This document shows positions 19,245-29,033 of a stretch of DNA of 64,000 bases, one piece after another. Each line of letters opens with the position of its first letter. The stretch's first letter is position 1. The notes beneath the pieces were generated by a model. That model had not been told where the DNA came from and searched no databases. It was given only the letters and a program-made list of their open reading frames with translations. Origin of the DNA: an uncultured bacterium. Lineage in GTDB: Bacteria; Patescibacteriota; Minisyncoccia; UBA6257; 2-01-FULL-56-20. The position numbers were made by a program, and so were the translations under genes. The stretch spans positions 296,347 through 360,346 of the forward strand of contig CAVOJZ010000002.1 in the NCBI GenBank assembly GCA_963696395.1. The letters run 5' to 3'.

Positions 19245-19514
19245 GTGCCCGGGGTGGGATTCTCACTGCTCGGCCGATAAGATCGGCCTGCGCTTGCGGC
19301 ACCCTCGGTGCCGCACTGTCGCGTAAGAACGCGACCCTCCTACACGGAGGGGAAGTATCCCCTCCGACCCACGCCTCTGTTCGATTCCCTCCCAAAGACA
19401 CACAAGATTTCCTTTCTCCTTTTCAGGGCTTCTCGGAGGCACGTAGGTGCCGAGAGAGAGTGCTCGGCCAGCAGGCCGAGACACGTCCCTGAAAAGGAGA
19501 AAGGAAATCTGTTA
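19245..19514 (-). repeat. Structured tRNA-downstream element with an 18-bp duplicate of the tRNA-Leu(TAA) 3' end
   Basis: GTGCCCGGGGTGGGATTC at 19245-19262 is identical to 19515-19532; 24-bp perfect inverted repeat 19405-19428/19487-19510; core shared with the element at 30244-30419. Confidence 0.8.
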
Positions 19515-19515
19515 G

Positions 19516-19598
19516 TGCCCGGGGTGGGATTCGAACCCACATGAGCTTTCGCTCACACCATTTTAAGTGGTGCGCGTAAACCGTTCCGCCACCCGGGC
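19516..19598 (-). tRNA. tRNA-Leu(TAA)
   Basis: GCCCGGG acceptor stem, CACCA-CTTAAAA-TGGTG anticodon arm, variable arm TGAGC-GAAA-GCTCA, T-arm GTGGG-TTCGAAT-CCCAC. Confidence 0.95.
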
Positions 19599-19699
19599 GC
19601 TCAAATTACTTCTTGCAGTCTAAAATAATTCCGACGTAATGACAAACAAAAAAAAGCAGCCCGACAAGTCGAGCTGCGCGAGGCACATTGTGCAGAACT

Positions 19700-19918
19700 C
19701 TATTCATAGGCGCTCCACTCGTATGAAACCTCGCCTCTTTCCCGTTTTCTCACGGCAAAGTGATCGCCCTCCAGGAACGGCAGCTGTTCCTTACTCGCAA
19801 GAGCGATATCGAAGTCAGCTTGGCTTTCCCACGGTTTGAGGTTTTGAACAATCGGCTTGCCTTCCGGGGTAAATATAACGTTGTGATATTGTTTCCGCTC
19901 GGCTTCCGATTCCGCCAT
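19700..19918 (-). CDS. Small hypothetical protein
   Basis: 72 aa, AGGAG upstream of the ATG, fills the gap between two tRNAs. Confidence 0.55.
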   Translation of the reverse strand: MAESEAERKQYHNVIFTPEGKPIVQNLKPWESQADFDIALASKEQLPFLEGDHFAVRKRERGEVSYEWSAYE

Positions 19919-20005
19919 ACAATATCTCCTGGCACAAGGGAACTACTTAAATAGTAGCCCTCCTGCCCGAAAACGAAAGCCGAGAAATGCACAGCCCTCT
20001 TTATG

Positions 20006-20077
20006 AGGCCACGGCGGGAATCGCACCCGCGTATAACTCTTTTGCAGAGAGTCGCCTTGCTACTTGGCTACGTGGCC
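20006..20077 (-). tRNA. tRNA-Cys(GCA), T-loop TGCGATT
   Basis: GGCCACG/CGTGGCC acceptor stem, U discriminator, ACTCT-CTGCAAA-AGAGT anticodon arm, T-arm GCGGG-TGCGATT-CCCGC. Confidence 0.9.
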
Positions 20078-20082
20078 AAAAC

Positions 20083-20427
20083 TTATTCCTTTATAGTATC
20101 GTCTTCCTCCAACAATTTTTCAACTTTCGCCGCATTTTCAAGCCCGCGATCAAGCGCGAATACAATTCGCGGCATCGGCTTGATGTTCATCTTTTTATTC
20201 AAAAGATGCTGAAGGTGCCCGGCACTTGCACCGAGCATTTCGAAAATGTTTGCTTCTGCGGCCGCAGGCAGGACACTCACGTTCACTGTGGCGTGCTCAA
20301 GTTTCTTATCAACCTCAACGCTCGTGATGGTGGCAAGTGCACCATTGAATTCAAGCTCACGGATAATGAGCTTCCCAAGTTCCTCGCGTATTAATTTGCT
20401 CACGCGATCGGCGCGGTAAAAACGCAT
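20083..20427 (-). CDS. rbfA: Ribosome-binding factor A
   Basis: RADRVSKLIREEL, TITSVEV, MPRIVFALD; directly downstream of infB. Confidence 0.9.
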   Translation of the reverse strand: MRFYRADRVSKLIREELGKLIIRELEFNGALATITSVEVDKKLEHATVNVSVLPAAAEANIFEMLGASAGHLQHLLNKKMNIKPMPRIVFALDRGLENAAKVEKLLEEDDTIKE

Positions 20428-20434
20428 CGAAAAA

Positions 20435-21955
20435 TTACTTGCGTACGATAATTTTATCCCCGGCGTTGATCTTGGTATGCGATTGCACAAGGAGCCCGAT
20501 CTCCTTCCCTTTTTCCGCCTGGGTTATTTCGCTCTTTTTTTCGCGCAATTCAAGAATGCGGCCGTCGCCAACTTTTTCTTTTTGGGCGTCGGCATTCGTG
20601 CCTGCGGCCCGCAAAATTTCGAATGACGCTTTCGCGCGGACGACACCTGAAATGACACGGCCGCCTACGAGCTGTTTGTCGAGCCGCTCCTGATTGAAAA
20701 CGGCGAGCACCTCGAGGTCTCCGAGCGCCGCCGGGCCACGGGCGCCGGATAAATATTCTTCAACGGCTTTCTGGAGATCGTAGACAATGTCGGACGTGAT
20801 AATCGAAATTTGGTGGGCATCGGCGAGCGTTTTCGCCCCTTTCTCGGTTTTATTTTTGAAGCCGATAATCGTGGCGGCAGTTGCAAGCGCATGCTTTACG
20901 TCGCCGTCCGTGATATCCCCTACCGCCTCATCAACAATATTCACGGCTTTGCCGCCCATTTGATCCATGCCGCGCAAAACCAACGATAACGCTTCAAGCG
21001 AACCGCTATCGGATGACTTCAATATGAGATTGAGCGTATTCTTTTTTGCCTCGCCAAGACGTCCCATTGTTTTTCCCGCAGCATTATTCGGCACATGATG
21101 GGTCGCGGCGATCGTGACACGTTCGGCGACGCCCGCTTCACCGACCAAAAATTCCTCGCCGACAGCCGGCAATGTTTCGAGGCCGATAATTACCGCCGGA
21201 GCGGATGGCTCAAGTTCCAACACCGGTTTCCCCAAAAAGTTTTCCAAAATTTTCACTTTTCCGTGAGCGCTTACGGTTTTCACCGGATCACCGCGATGCA
21301 ATGTTCCATTTTTGAGAATAACGCTCGCCTCAATGCCGCGGCGCGAATCACGGCGCGCCTCGAGAACAAATCCCGAAGCGGGCGCGGTGGCGTCATATTT
21401 TAAATCCTCGAGATCGGCGGACAAAACTATGAGGTCGAGGAGATCCGAAACCCCCTCGCCGTTTTTTGCCGAAACGCCATGGAAGCTCACCTGCCCTCCA
21501 AAGCCTTCAAGCAGAACGCCGGCAGCCATAAGATCGTTGCGGGCCTTATCGATCGAGCCGCCGGTCTTATCAATTTTATTGAACGCAACGATGAAAGGCG
21601 TCTTTGCTTCCCCTATTATCTTGATAGCTTCTTTGGTTTGCGTCTTGATGCCTTCATCCGCGGCGACAACCAGAATCGCAAGATCCGCAACCTGCGCACC
21701 GCGCGAGCGCATCGAAGTGAACGCCTCGTGGCCGGGCGTATCTATGAAGGTAATTTTTCTGCCGGCGTGCTCAATCTCATACGCACCTACAGCCTGAGTG
21801 ATACCGCCCGCTTCGCGTCCGGCAATATTCGCTTTGCGGATGTAATCGAGCAACGTCGTCTTGCCATGGTCAACATGGCCCATCACAACAACGATTGGAG
21901 GTCGAGTCTTAAGTCCCGCAGTTATTGGAGCATTTTTCGCGGTAGTATTTGCCAT
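20435..21955 (-). CDS. infB: Translation initiation factor IF-2 (short, no N-terminal domain)
   Basis: RPPIVVVMGHVDHGKTTLLD, EAGGITQ, DTPGHEAF, NKID. Confidence 0.96.
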   Translation of the reverse strand: MANTTAKNAPITAGLKTRPPIVVVMGHVDHGKTTLLDYIRKANIAGREAGGITQAVGAYEIEHAGRKITFIDTPGHEAFTSMRSRGAQVADLAILVVAADEGIKTQTKEAIKIIGEAKTPFIVAFNKIDKTGGSIDKARNDLMAAGVLLEGFGGQVSFHGVSAKNGEGVSDLLDLIVLSADLEDLKYDATAPASGFVLEARRDSRRGIEASVILKNGTLHRGDPVKTVSAHGKVKILENFLGKPVLELEPSAPAVIIGLETLPAVGEEFLVGEAGVAERVTIAATHHVPNNAAGKTMGRLGEAKKNTLNLILKSSDSGSLEALSLVLRGMDQMGGKAVNIVDEAVGDITDGDVKHALATAATIIGFKNKTEKGAKTLADAHQISIITSDIVYDLQKAVEEYLSGARGPAALGDLEVLAVFNQERLDKQLVGGRVISGVVRAKASFEILRAAGTNADAQKEKVGDGRILELREKKSEITQAEKGKEIGLLVQSHTKINAGDKIIVRK

Positions 21956-22016
21956 GGGGATAGAAAGTATCCATCGATACCACGCTATTATAGCATTAAA
22001 AATCGATTAAAACAAC

Positions 22017-23099
22017 CTATTCTTTCCCGACCGCTTCGCTTACGTTGCTGTATCCATCGCGCTTTAAAAGTTCCACCAATCCTTTATTGATCCGCTTCAC
22101 TGCCATCGGACCACCGTAAATGAGGCCGGTAATAATCTGCACGAGCGATGCGCCGGCTTTGATTTTTTCATAGGCATCTTCGGCGGTAAAAACACCGCCA
22201 AGGCCGATGATCACATACTTGCCGTGCGTCTTCTTGTATATATGGCGGATCAGATTTGTTGACAGCTCGCGTACCGGCGCCCCGGAGATGCCGCCGGCGG
22301 GAATTTTATCAAGTTCAGCCGGCGAAGACTTGAGGTTTAATTCGTGGCGGCGCTTTGAAAGATTGCCGACAATGAACCCATCCACAAAATCATATTTTTT
22401 TACAACGGCGAGGATTTCATCCACTTCAGCCTCGCTCAAGTGGGTTGAGATTTTTAAAAATATCGGACAATACTTTTTTTCGCGGGAAAATCCTTCAAGG
22501 AGTTCATCGAGTAGTTTTGGGTCCTGAAACATGCAGCCGTCCTGGGCGTTCGGACATGAAACGTTGAGCGTCGCGTATGCAAAGTGCTGAGCGAGGAGCC
22601 GGTAGGTCTCCACATAATCCTCGACCGATTTCTTCCCTTTGATGTCCGCGCGATTGGTCTTTGCGATATTCAATCCCACGGGAAATGAAAACTTCTGATG
22701 TCGCAGCTTGCTTTCGATTGCTTCGGCGCCGATATTCTTCAAACCGTAATACACGATGAGCGATCGATCCTTCGGCAGACGGGCAAGGCGCAAACCCTCA
22801 TTACCTTCGTAAGGATACCGCGTGACGGCGCCGACTTCCATAAATCCGAAGCCCACCGCCGGCATGATCCTCGTGAGATTCACGTCTTTATCAAAGCCCG
22901 CCGCGAGACCGATTGGGTTTTTGAATGAAATGCCGAGAACATTCGTGCGCAACATCGGATTGCTATATCTGCAGAACGCTCCGACAATCCATCGTCCCCA
23001 ATGGAAATTGCCAAGCATGTGCCCGGTTTCTACAAAAAAATCATGGACGCTTTCGGGATCGAATCGGAAAAGGATTGGTTTAAGGATATATTCGTACAT
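22017..23099 (-). CDS. pyrD: Dihydroorotate dehydrogenase, class 2-type (quinone-dependent family)
   Basis: LF..DPE..H N-terminal helix, NPIGLAAGFDK, NVSCPN, GGISGAP, GASLVQ..TG.IY.GP. Confidence 0.88.
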   Translation of the reverse strand: MYEYILKPILFRFDPESVHDFFVETGHMLGNFHWGRWIVGAFCRYSNPMLRTNVLGISFKNPIGLAAGFDKDVNLTRIMPAVGFGFMEVGAVTRYPYEGNEGLRLARLPKDRSLIVYYGLKNIGAEAIESKLRHQKFSFPVGLNIAKTNRADIKGKKSVEDYVETYRLLAQHFAYATLNVSCPNAQDGCMFQDPKLLDELLEGFSREKKYCPIFLKISTHLSEAEVDEILAVVKKYDFVDGFIVGNLSKRRHELNLKSSPAELDKIPAGGISGAPVRELSTNLIRHIYKKTHGKYVIIGLGGVFTAEDAYEKIKAGASLVQIITGLIYGGPMAVKRINKGLVELLKRDGYSNVSEAVGKE

Positions 23100-23108
23100 G
23101 GGCGAAAA

Positions 23109-23636
23109 TTAATATTCAATGCCTCTGCGTGCCGGCACGTTAGCCTGCGTCCGAAACGGATGCCATACGTCTTCATAATTCGTGATGAGATCAGCCCGTG
23201 CCAAAATTTCCGAATGCGCGTGGCGGCCGGTGAAAAGAAGATCAACCGTGGAAGGCGCGGCATCAAGAAACTCCACGACGCTTTCGAGAGTGACAAGCTT
23301 AAGATCGAGCGCGACGTTCAACTCATCGAGAACGAGAAGGTCGTAATTACCGGAAAGCATGGCTTCCTTCGCTTTCGCAAGAGCTTTGACCGCCGCAGCC
23401 TGATGTTTTGCAAATGGAAGCTTGTCCCCGAGGATACCCACGAAACCGAGTCCGGCTTTTTCAAAATGCAGCCTGGGCTCAAACGCACCCAAAACCCCGT
23501 CCTCCCCGCTCGGCGATTTTTTACACTTGATAAATTGAATTACAAAAACCCGCTTCCCCGCTCCGAGAGCGCGAATCGCCTGGCCGATAGCGGCAGTGGT
23601 TTTCCCTTTGCCGTTGCCCGTAAAAACGATAAGCAT
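23109..23636 (-). CDS. cobO: Cob(I)alamin adenosyltransferase CobO/BtuR
   Basis: VFTGNGKGKTTAAIG, IQFIK, LVLDEL, TGR, HPF...ARRGIEY. Confidence 0.92.
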   Translation of the reverse strand: MLIVFTGNGKGKTTAAIGQAIRALGAGKRVFVIQFIKCKKSPSGEDGVLGAFEPRLHFEKAGLGFVGILGDKLPFAKHQAAAVKALAKAKEAMLSGNYDLLVLDELNVALDLKLVTLESVVEFLDAAPSTVDLLFTGRHAHSEILARADLITNYEDVWHPFRTQANVPARRGIEY

Positions 23637-23925
23637 ATGTCTTAATATCCATTGTGACTCCATCCACAGAGCAAACAATACTTGTGATATGGCAAAAGCA
23701 TCTTAAAAACACCGATTATATCTAGCGTAATAACCATGGTGCTTCGCGGGCATGTCCTCACATAAAAAATGATGTCAGCATTGTTGTCAGTTTTTATCAC
23801 CGTGAAAAACAATTTTCTTCGGGATTCATTTACCGTTCCCGTGACCACCCCCGATCCCGGCCGGCTATCCACAGGAAAACGATTTTACAACGGAGGTTCG
23901 GATGCTTTACTCATTAGACCCTCCT

Positions 23926-26208
23926 ATGAAAAACATAAACCATTCGTTCGTGAGCGTGCGTAAGCGGGACGGTCGAATTGTTCCCTTTGACCAGGCAAAA
24001 ATTACCAATGCCATCGCGAAAGCGATGCACGTGACGGGCGAAACGGCCTCGAAAGACGACGCGGAAAAAGTGTCCGAACAGGTTCTCTCGGCGCTCGTTA
24101 AGAAATATCCTTCGGAACACGTTCCCACCATCGAAGAAATTCAGGATGTGGTGGAAACGGAGCTCATCGTGATGGATTATCCGAAAACCGCGAAGGCGTA
24201 CATCCTTTACCGCAACGATCGCTCACGCGTCCGTGAAAAAAAGCAGGAAATTCCGGAACGGGTCCGGACGCTCGCCGAAGCAAGCAAGCAATATTTCAAA
24301 AATCAGCTCGCGGAGTTCGTCTATTATAGAACATATTCAAAATGGATCCCCGAGGAAGGGCGGCGCGAGACATGGATCGAGACCATCGACCGCTATATCG
24401 GTTTCATGAAGGAAAACTTGGGCGATAAATTGACGGACGCCGAATATGCGGAGGTGCGCGAAGCAATTTTGAAACAGGAAGCAATGCCTTCGATGCGCCT
24501 CCTGCAATTCGCCGGCCCCGCAGCGCGCACCACGAATGTCTGCGCGTTCAACTGTTCGTATATCGCGCCGCAACAACTCAAAGATTTTGCCGAGATCATG
24601 TACATCTCGATGTGCGGCACGGGCGTGGGCTTCTCCGTGGAAAGCCAAAACGTCCAGCAGCTCCCGCAAATCAAAAAACAGGCCGGCAAAAAACTGCCGA
24701 CTCACGTCATCGCGGACAGCAAAGAAGGATGGTGTGCGGCACTCACGCTCGGCCTTGAAACCTGGTTCGACGGCAAGGATATTGAATTTGATTTCTCACA
24801 ATTACGCCCGGCAGGTGCCCGATTAAAGACGATGGGCGGCAAAAGCTCCGGTCCTGAACCGCTCCGCTCACTTCTTGCCTTCGCCCGCGCAAAAATCATG
24901 CGCCGACAGGGACGTCGCCTTTCGAACATCGACGTGCATGACATCTGCTGCAAGATTGGCGAGATTGTTGTTTCGGGCGGTGTACGGCGGAGTGCCATGA
25001 TCTCACTCTCCGATCTCGATGATCCGGAGATGCGGAATGCAAAAACCGGACAATTTTACTTCACGGAATCCCAACGCTCGATGGCAAACAACTCTGCCGT
25101 CTATACCGAAAAACCGAACTCAACCGAGTTTCTTGATGAGTGGATGTCGCTTGCAAAGAGCGGCACCGGCGAGCGCGGGATCTTCAATCGCGGGAGCCTC
25201 GTATACCAGATGCCCAAGCGGCGCCTGAAAGCGCTTCCAAAAGATGCGATCAATAAGATCGGCACGAACCCCTGTGGCGAAATCCTTTTGCAACCAAAGC
25301 AATTCTGCAATCTCTCCGAAGTTGTTGCGCGCGCGGAAGACACCGAAGAGTCGCTCATGCGCAAGATGCGCGTTGCAGCCATTCTCGGCACGTACCAGTC
25401 AACGCTCACCCACTTCCCTTTCCTTTCCAAGGAATGGGCTCAAAACTGCGATAAAGAGCGGCTTCTCGGCGTCTCGATCACCGGCCAGTGGGACTGCCCG
25501 GCCGTCCGCAATGCCGACATCCTCCAGCGCTTACGGGATCGCGCCATCGCAGTCAACGCCGAATACGCCAAACGGTTTGGCATTAACGCCTCCACTTCAA
25601 TCACCTGCGTTAAGCCCTCCGGCACCGTCTCCCAGACCGTTGATGCGGCTTCCGGTCTTCATGCCCGCCATGCCGCCTACTACATCCGCCGTGTGCGCAT
25701 CTCGGGCACCGACTCGCTCTTCCAGATGATGAAAGACCAGAAAGTCCCCTACTTCCCCGAAGTCGGACAATCGCTTTCATCCGCAAGCACTTATGTTTTT
25801 GAATTCCCGGTGAAAGCTCCTGAAGGCGCAACCACCAAAGACGACATTTCCGCGCTCGATCAACTTGAATATTGGAAAACGGTGAAAGTGAATTACACAG
25901 AACATAATCCTTCGGTAACCATATCGGTCGGACCGAATGAATGGGTCGCCGTTGCCAATTGGTTGTATGAAAACTGGGACATGATCGGCGGACTCTCTTT
26001 CCTCCCGCGTGAAGAACATGCCTACCTCCTCGCGCCGTATGAAGAAATCACGAAAGAGCGCTACGAGGAAATGGTTTCGAAGATGCCGTTAATCGATTTC
26101 GCGCAAATCCTGCTCTACGAGCACGAGGACACGACCGACGTGAAGAAAGAACTCGCCTGCGTTGGCGGTGTGTGCGAAATCGAAGAGACTCCGGCGGTAG
26201 TAAAATAA
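23926..26208 (+). CDS. nrdJ: Class II (adenosylcobalamin-dependent) ribonucleotide reductase with N-terminal ATP cone
   Basis: VRKRDGRIVPFD ATP cone, YYRTYS, FNCSY, GGVRRSA, TNPCGEI, QFCNLSE, TCVKPSGT, C-terminal CVGGVC. Confidence 0.92.
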   Translation: MKNINHSFVSVRKRDGRIVPFDQAKITNAIAKAMHVTGETASKDDAEKVSEQVLSALVKKYPSEHVPTIEEIQDVVETELIVMDYPKTAKAYILYRNDRSRVREKKQEIPERVRTLAEASKQYFKNQLAEFVYYRTYSKWIPEEGRRETWIETIDRYIGFMKENLGDKLTDAEYAEVREAILKQEAMPSMRLLQFAGPAARTTNVCAFNCSYIAPQQLKDFAEIMYISMCGTGVGFSVESQNVQQLPQIKKQAGKKLPTHVIADSKEGWCAALTLGLETWFDGKDIEFDFSQLRPAGARLKTMGGKSSGPEPLRSLLAFARAKIMRRQGRRLSNIDVHDICCKIGEIVVSGGVRRSAMISLSDLDDPEMRNAKTGQFYFTESQRSMANNSAVYTEKPNSTEFLDEWMSLAKSGTGERGIFNRGSLVYQMPKRRLKALPKDAINKIGTNPCGEILLQPKQFCNLSEVVARAEDTEESLMRKMRVAAILGTYQSTLTHFPFLSKEWAQNCDKERLLGVSITGQWDCPAVRNADILQRLRDRAIAVNAEYAKRFGINASTSITCVKPSGTVSQTVDAASGLHARHAAYYIRRVRISGTDSLFQMMKDQKVPYFPEVGQSLSSASTYVFEFPVKAPEGATTKDDISALDQLEYWKTVKVNYTEHNPSVTISVGPNEWVAVANWLYENWDMIGGLSFLPREEHAYLLAPYEEITKERYEEMVSKMPLIDFAQILLYEHEDTTDVKKELACVGGVCEIEETPAVVK

Positions 26209-26210
26209 AA

Positions 26211-27188
26211 TTATAGCTCTTCAGTGTTTGACAGGAATCGCTCCGTGATTTCTTTCACTTGCGCGGCATTTTTGGTCTCCATCAATTCAATTCTTAATTC
26301 CTTCGCGCCATCGAAACCGGAGCAATACGCTTTGTAATGTTTTTTCATCACGTCAAAGTTCTTGATGCGCTCCCCGCGGCCGGCGTTACTCTTATAGGTT
26401 TGCTCGAAAAGTTCCGTATGCCGCACCATGCGCTCAAGTTTCTCGCGGAGTGAAGGCGTGTGCCCGGTGAAGAACCACGGATTGCCGAATATCCCGCGAC
26501 CGATCATGACGCCGTCCATGCCGGACGAGGCGATTTTTTCACCGGCGCTATCAAGCGTATCCACGTCGCCGTTGCCGAGAACGAGTGTTTGCGGCGCGAT
26601 GCGATCGCGCAGGGCAACGATCCGCGGCGCAAGATCCCAATGCGCAGCCGTGTCGGACATTTCATTGCGCGTACGCAGATGCACCGTGAGGGCGGCGAGA
26701 TCCTCCTGAAGCAATGCGGGGATCCATTCGTCTGTCTGATCTTCTGCGTAGCCGATACGCGTCTTCACGGAAACAGGCATATCGTGAACGCCACGCTTCA
26801 GTGCGCGAATAATCTCACGGGCACGATCAATGTCTTTTATGAGAGCGGCGCCCGCGCCGGACTTCTCCACGCCACGGTCAGGACAGCCCATATTGATGTC
26901 CACGCCATCGAAACCGAGATCCCGCATCAAAGGACCAACCTCTTCGAATTGTTCAGGCCTCCCGCCGAAAATCTGAGCCACAATCGGGTGTTCGTCCTCG
27001 CCATACCAAAGGTCCGGCAGGAGCTTTGCCCGACCCCTGCTTAAAAGGCCTTCAATGGACACGAATTCGGTCCAGAACACGTCCGGACGACCGACTTCGG
27101 CAAACATACGCCGAAAAACCGCGTCGGTTACGTTGGCCATCGGGGCGATGGCGAGGATGGGCTTCTTGAGCTTTTTCCAAAATGACAT
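26211..27188 (-). CDS. tRNA-dihydrouridine synthase
   Basis: APMANVTD, DINMGCP, VSVKTRIG, GNGDV, GVMIGRG..GNPWFF. Confidence 0.92.
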   Translation of the reverse strand: MSFWKKLKKPILAIAPMANVTDAVFRRMFAEVGRPDVFWTEFVSIEGLLSRGRAKLLPDLWYGEDEHPIVAQIFGGRPEQFEEVGPLMRDLGFDGVDINMGCPDRGVEKSGAGAALIKDIDRAREIIRALKRGVHDMPVSVKTRIGYAEDQTDEWIPALLQEDLAALTVHLRTRNEMSDTAAHWDLAPRIVALRDRIAPQTLVLGNGDVDTLDSAGEKIASSGMDGVMIGRGIFGNPWFFTGHTPSLREKLERMVRHTELFEQTYKSNAGRGERIKNFDVMKKHYKAYCSGFDGAKELRIELMETKNAAQVKEITERFLSNTEEL

Positions 27189-27228
27189 AATATTAAAAAA
27201 CGTTTAAATAATGATACTATAGAACCAT

Positions 27229-27966
27229 ATGCATCTCCGCAACGTCATCGAACAACTCGGTTACTCCCCGCACGAGGTGTCGGTTTATCTGGCGGCCCTC
27301 GAACTCGGCGGCAGCACCGCAACCGAGATCGCCGAGAAGGCGCATCTGCCGCGCACGACCGCAAAGCTCATCATTGATTCCCTCCACAAGCGCGGACTCA
27401 TGAATGCGTATCTCCAACGCCGCAGGAAAGTATGGGCGGCGGAAAATCCCGAAAAGCTCCTCATTGATCTTCACGAAAGCGAGGCAGCGCTCAAACTCAT
27501 CATGCCCGAATTGCAATCGCTCCGCCATGACACCGGCGTCAAACCGACCCTGCGTGCCTACAGCGGCGCGCACGAAATCCGGCAGATCATGAACGACATC
27601 CTCGAAACCAAACATCACATCTCCGCAATCCTCTCCTGGGACGACTGGATCCGCACACTCGGCAAAAATTATATCGACGACTTCATCGAGTCGCGCACCC
27701 GTCGCTATCTCCGCATCCGACTGCTCACCACGAAAACAAAAACTTCGGTTGCGCTTAAAAATGAGGATGGCCAGGACATGCGCGCCACACAATTCCTGCA
27801 GGAATCTCTCGGCATCAATAATGCAAACTTTATTTACGGCAATAAAGTGGCGATCATCACGCTGAACACCAAGCGGCCCGTCGGCATATTAATAGAAGAT
27901 CAGGACATCCACCACACGATGGAAGTGCTTTTTGAAAGCCTTTGGCGCCAAAGCGGCGGAGTTTAA
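27229..27966 (+). CDS. TrmB-family transcriptional regulator
   Basis: LG.S..E..VY.A.LELG..T..EIA....PRTT wHTH plus C-terminal IYGNKVAI effector domain. Confidence 0.85.
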   Translation: MHLRNVIEQLGYSPHEVSVYLAALELGGSTATEIAEKAHLPRTTAKLIIDSLHKRGLMNAYLQRRRKVWAAENPEKLLIDLHESEAALKLIMPELQSLRHDTGVKPTLRAYSGAHEIRQIMNDILETKHHISAILSWDDWIRTLGKNYIDDFIESRTRRYLRIRLLTTKTKTSVALKNEDGQDMRATQFLQESLGINNANFIYGNKVAIITLNTKRPVGILIEDQDIHHTMEVLFESLWRQSGGV

Positions 27967-27977
27967 ATTGAAATATA

Positions 27978-28466
27978 TTACTGCGCCGGCCCCGGGTGCG
28001 CTATCCGATAGCGATATTCGTGTACCACGAGAAAAACCACCACGATATCAACGATGGTGATGGCCCATAAAACGATCGACGGCGTGAACGTCAGTTGATA
28101 GAACTGATAGATGATGAAAAGAATGAAGACGACGATAGATACCGGATACACCCAGAGCTTATTAAGCCAAAGGCCGGTCAGTAAAAATATTTTTACGATG
28201 CCGTGGGAAAGAAAAATAAATGCCCATACGGATTGCGGCGTCGCCGAAAATCGTTGCATTTCGTTTGCAACAAATTGCCAGACAAAGTCGCGGGGGGTTT
28301 CGGAGAATTCATCGCCGAATAACGGCAGGATGATGGCGCGTAACGTGTCGTAGCTCAGGAATGCGACGGCAAGTCCGGAAATAATCTCCCCGATGCTGAT
28401 AAGCGCCTTCACAATAATGCCGGCGCGAAACAACGAATAGTAGGTTTTTTCGGGCATGGCCTTCAT
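27978..28466 (-). CDS. DUF2127-like membrane protein
   Basis: K.....GE...G, LSHG.VK, W.YP, FI.YQ.Y, HEYR motifs. Confidence 0.7.
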   Translation of the reverse strand: MKAMPEKTYYSLFRAGIIVKALISIGEIISGLAVAFLSYDTLRAIILPLFGDEFSETPRDFVWQFVANEMQRFSATPQSVWAFIFLSHGIVKIFLLTGLWLNKLWVYPVSIVVFILFIIYQFYQLTFTPSIVLWAITIVDIVVVFLVVHEYRYRIAHPGPAQ

Positions 28467-28519
28467 CCCCTGATTATACTGCAATTTTATGCTTCCAAGC
28501 GATGTAGTAGAATAGAACA

Positions 28520-29008
28520 ATGATTACAAAACAAGACATTTTGGATGAATTCAAAGAAGAGGTTCCGGGAACGCGGAAAATGCTCGAGCGGGTTCCGTTC
28601 GATAAGCTCGATTTTAAACCGTCGCCAAAATCCATGCCGCTCGGACAAATGGCGATCATGGTAAGCCTGATCCCCACCTGGTTCCTGAGTGTCGTTAATG
28701 AATCCGGCGTTGACACGGGGACCTTCAAACAACCGGCGAAACCGAAAGACGTGGAGGAGATGCTGAAGAATTTCGACAAGGGCGTCCAGGATGCCGAAAA
28801 AGCGATTGCCGGAATGGACGAGGCATCGCTCAAGGGAAACTGGTCTCTTAAAATTAAAGGCGAAACGGTCATGGAGATGCCGCGCGGGATCATGTTGCGG
28901 CAAACCATAAACCATCTCGTCCATCATCGTGCGCAACTCGGCGTGTATCTTAAAATACTCGGCATCCCCCATCCCGCAATCTACGGTCCGTCCGGAGACG
29001 AGCACTAA
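28520..29008 (+). CDS. DinB-family protein
   Basis: KSM.LG, NHLVHHRAQLGVYL, P.IYGPS.DE. Confidence 0.88.
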   Translation: MITKQDILDEFKEEVPGTRKMLERVPFDKLDFKPSPKSMPLGQMAIMVSLIPTWFLSVVNESGVDTGTFKQPAKPKDVEEMLKNFDKGVQDAEKAIAGMDEASLKGNWSLKIKGETVMEMPRGIMLRQTINHLVHHRAQLGVYLKILGIPHPAIYGPSGDEH

Positions 29009-29033
29009 GCCGGGAAAATAAATTTGCAGAAAT

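Noticed and set aside
23660-23875. NrdR box (CGATTATATCTAGCGT near 23713) and DnaA-like boxes upstream of nrdJ
   Set aside because: Single imperfect matches with no clear tandem partner; too weak to call
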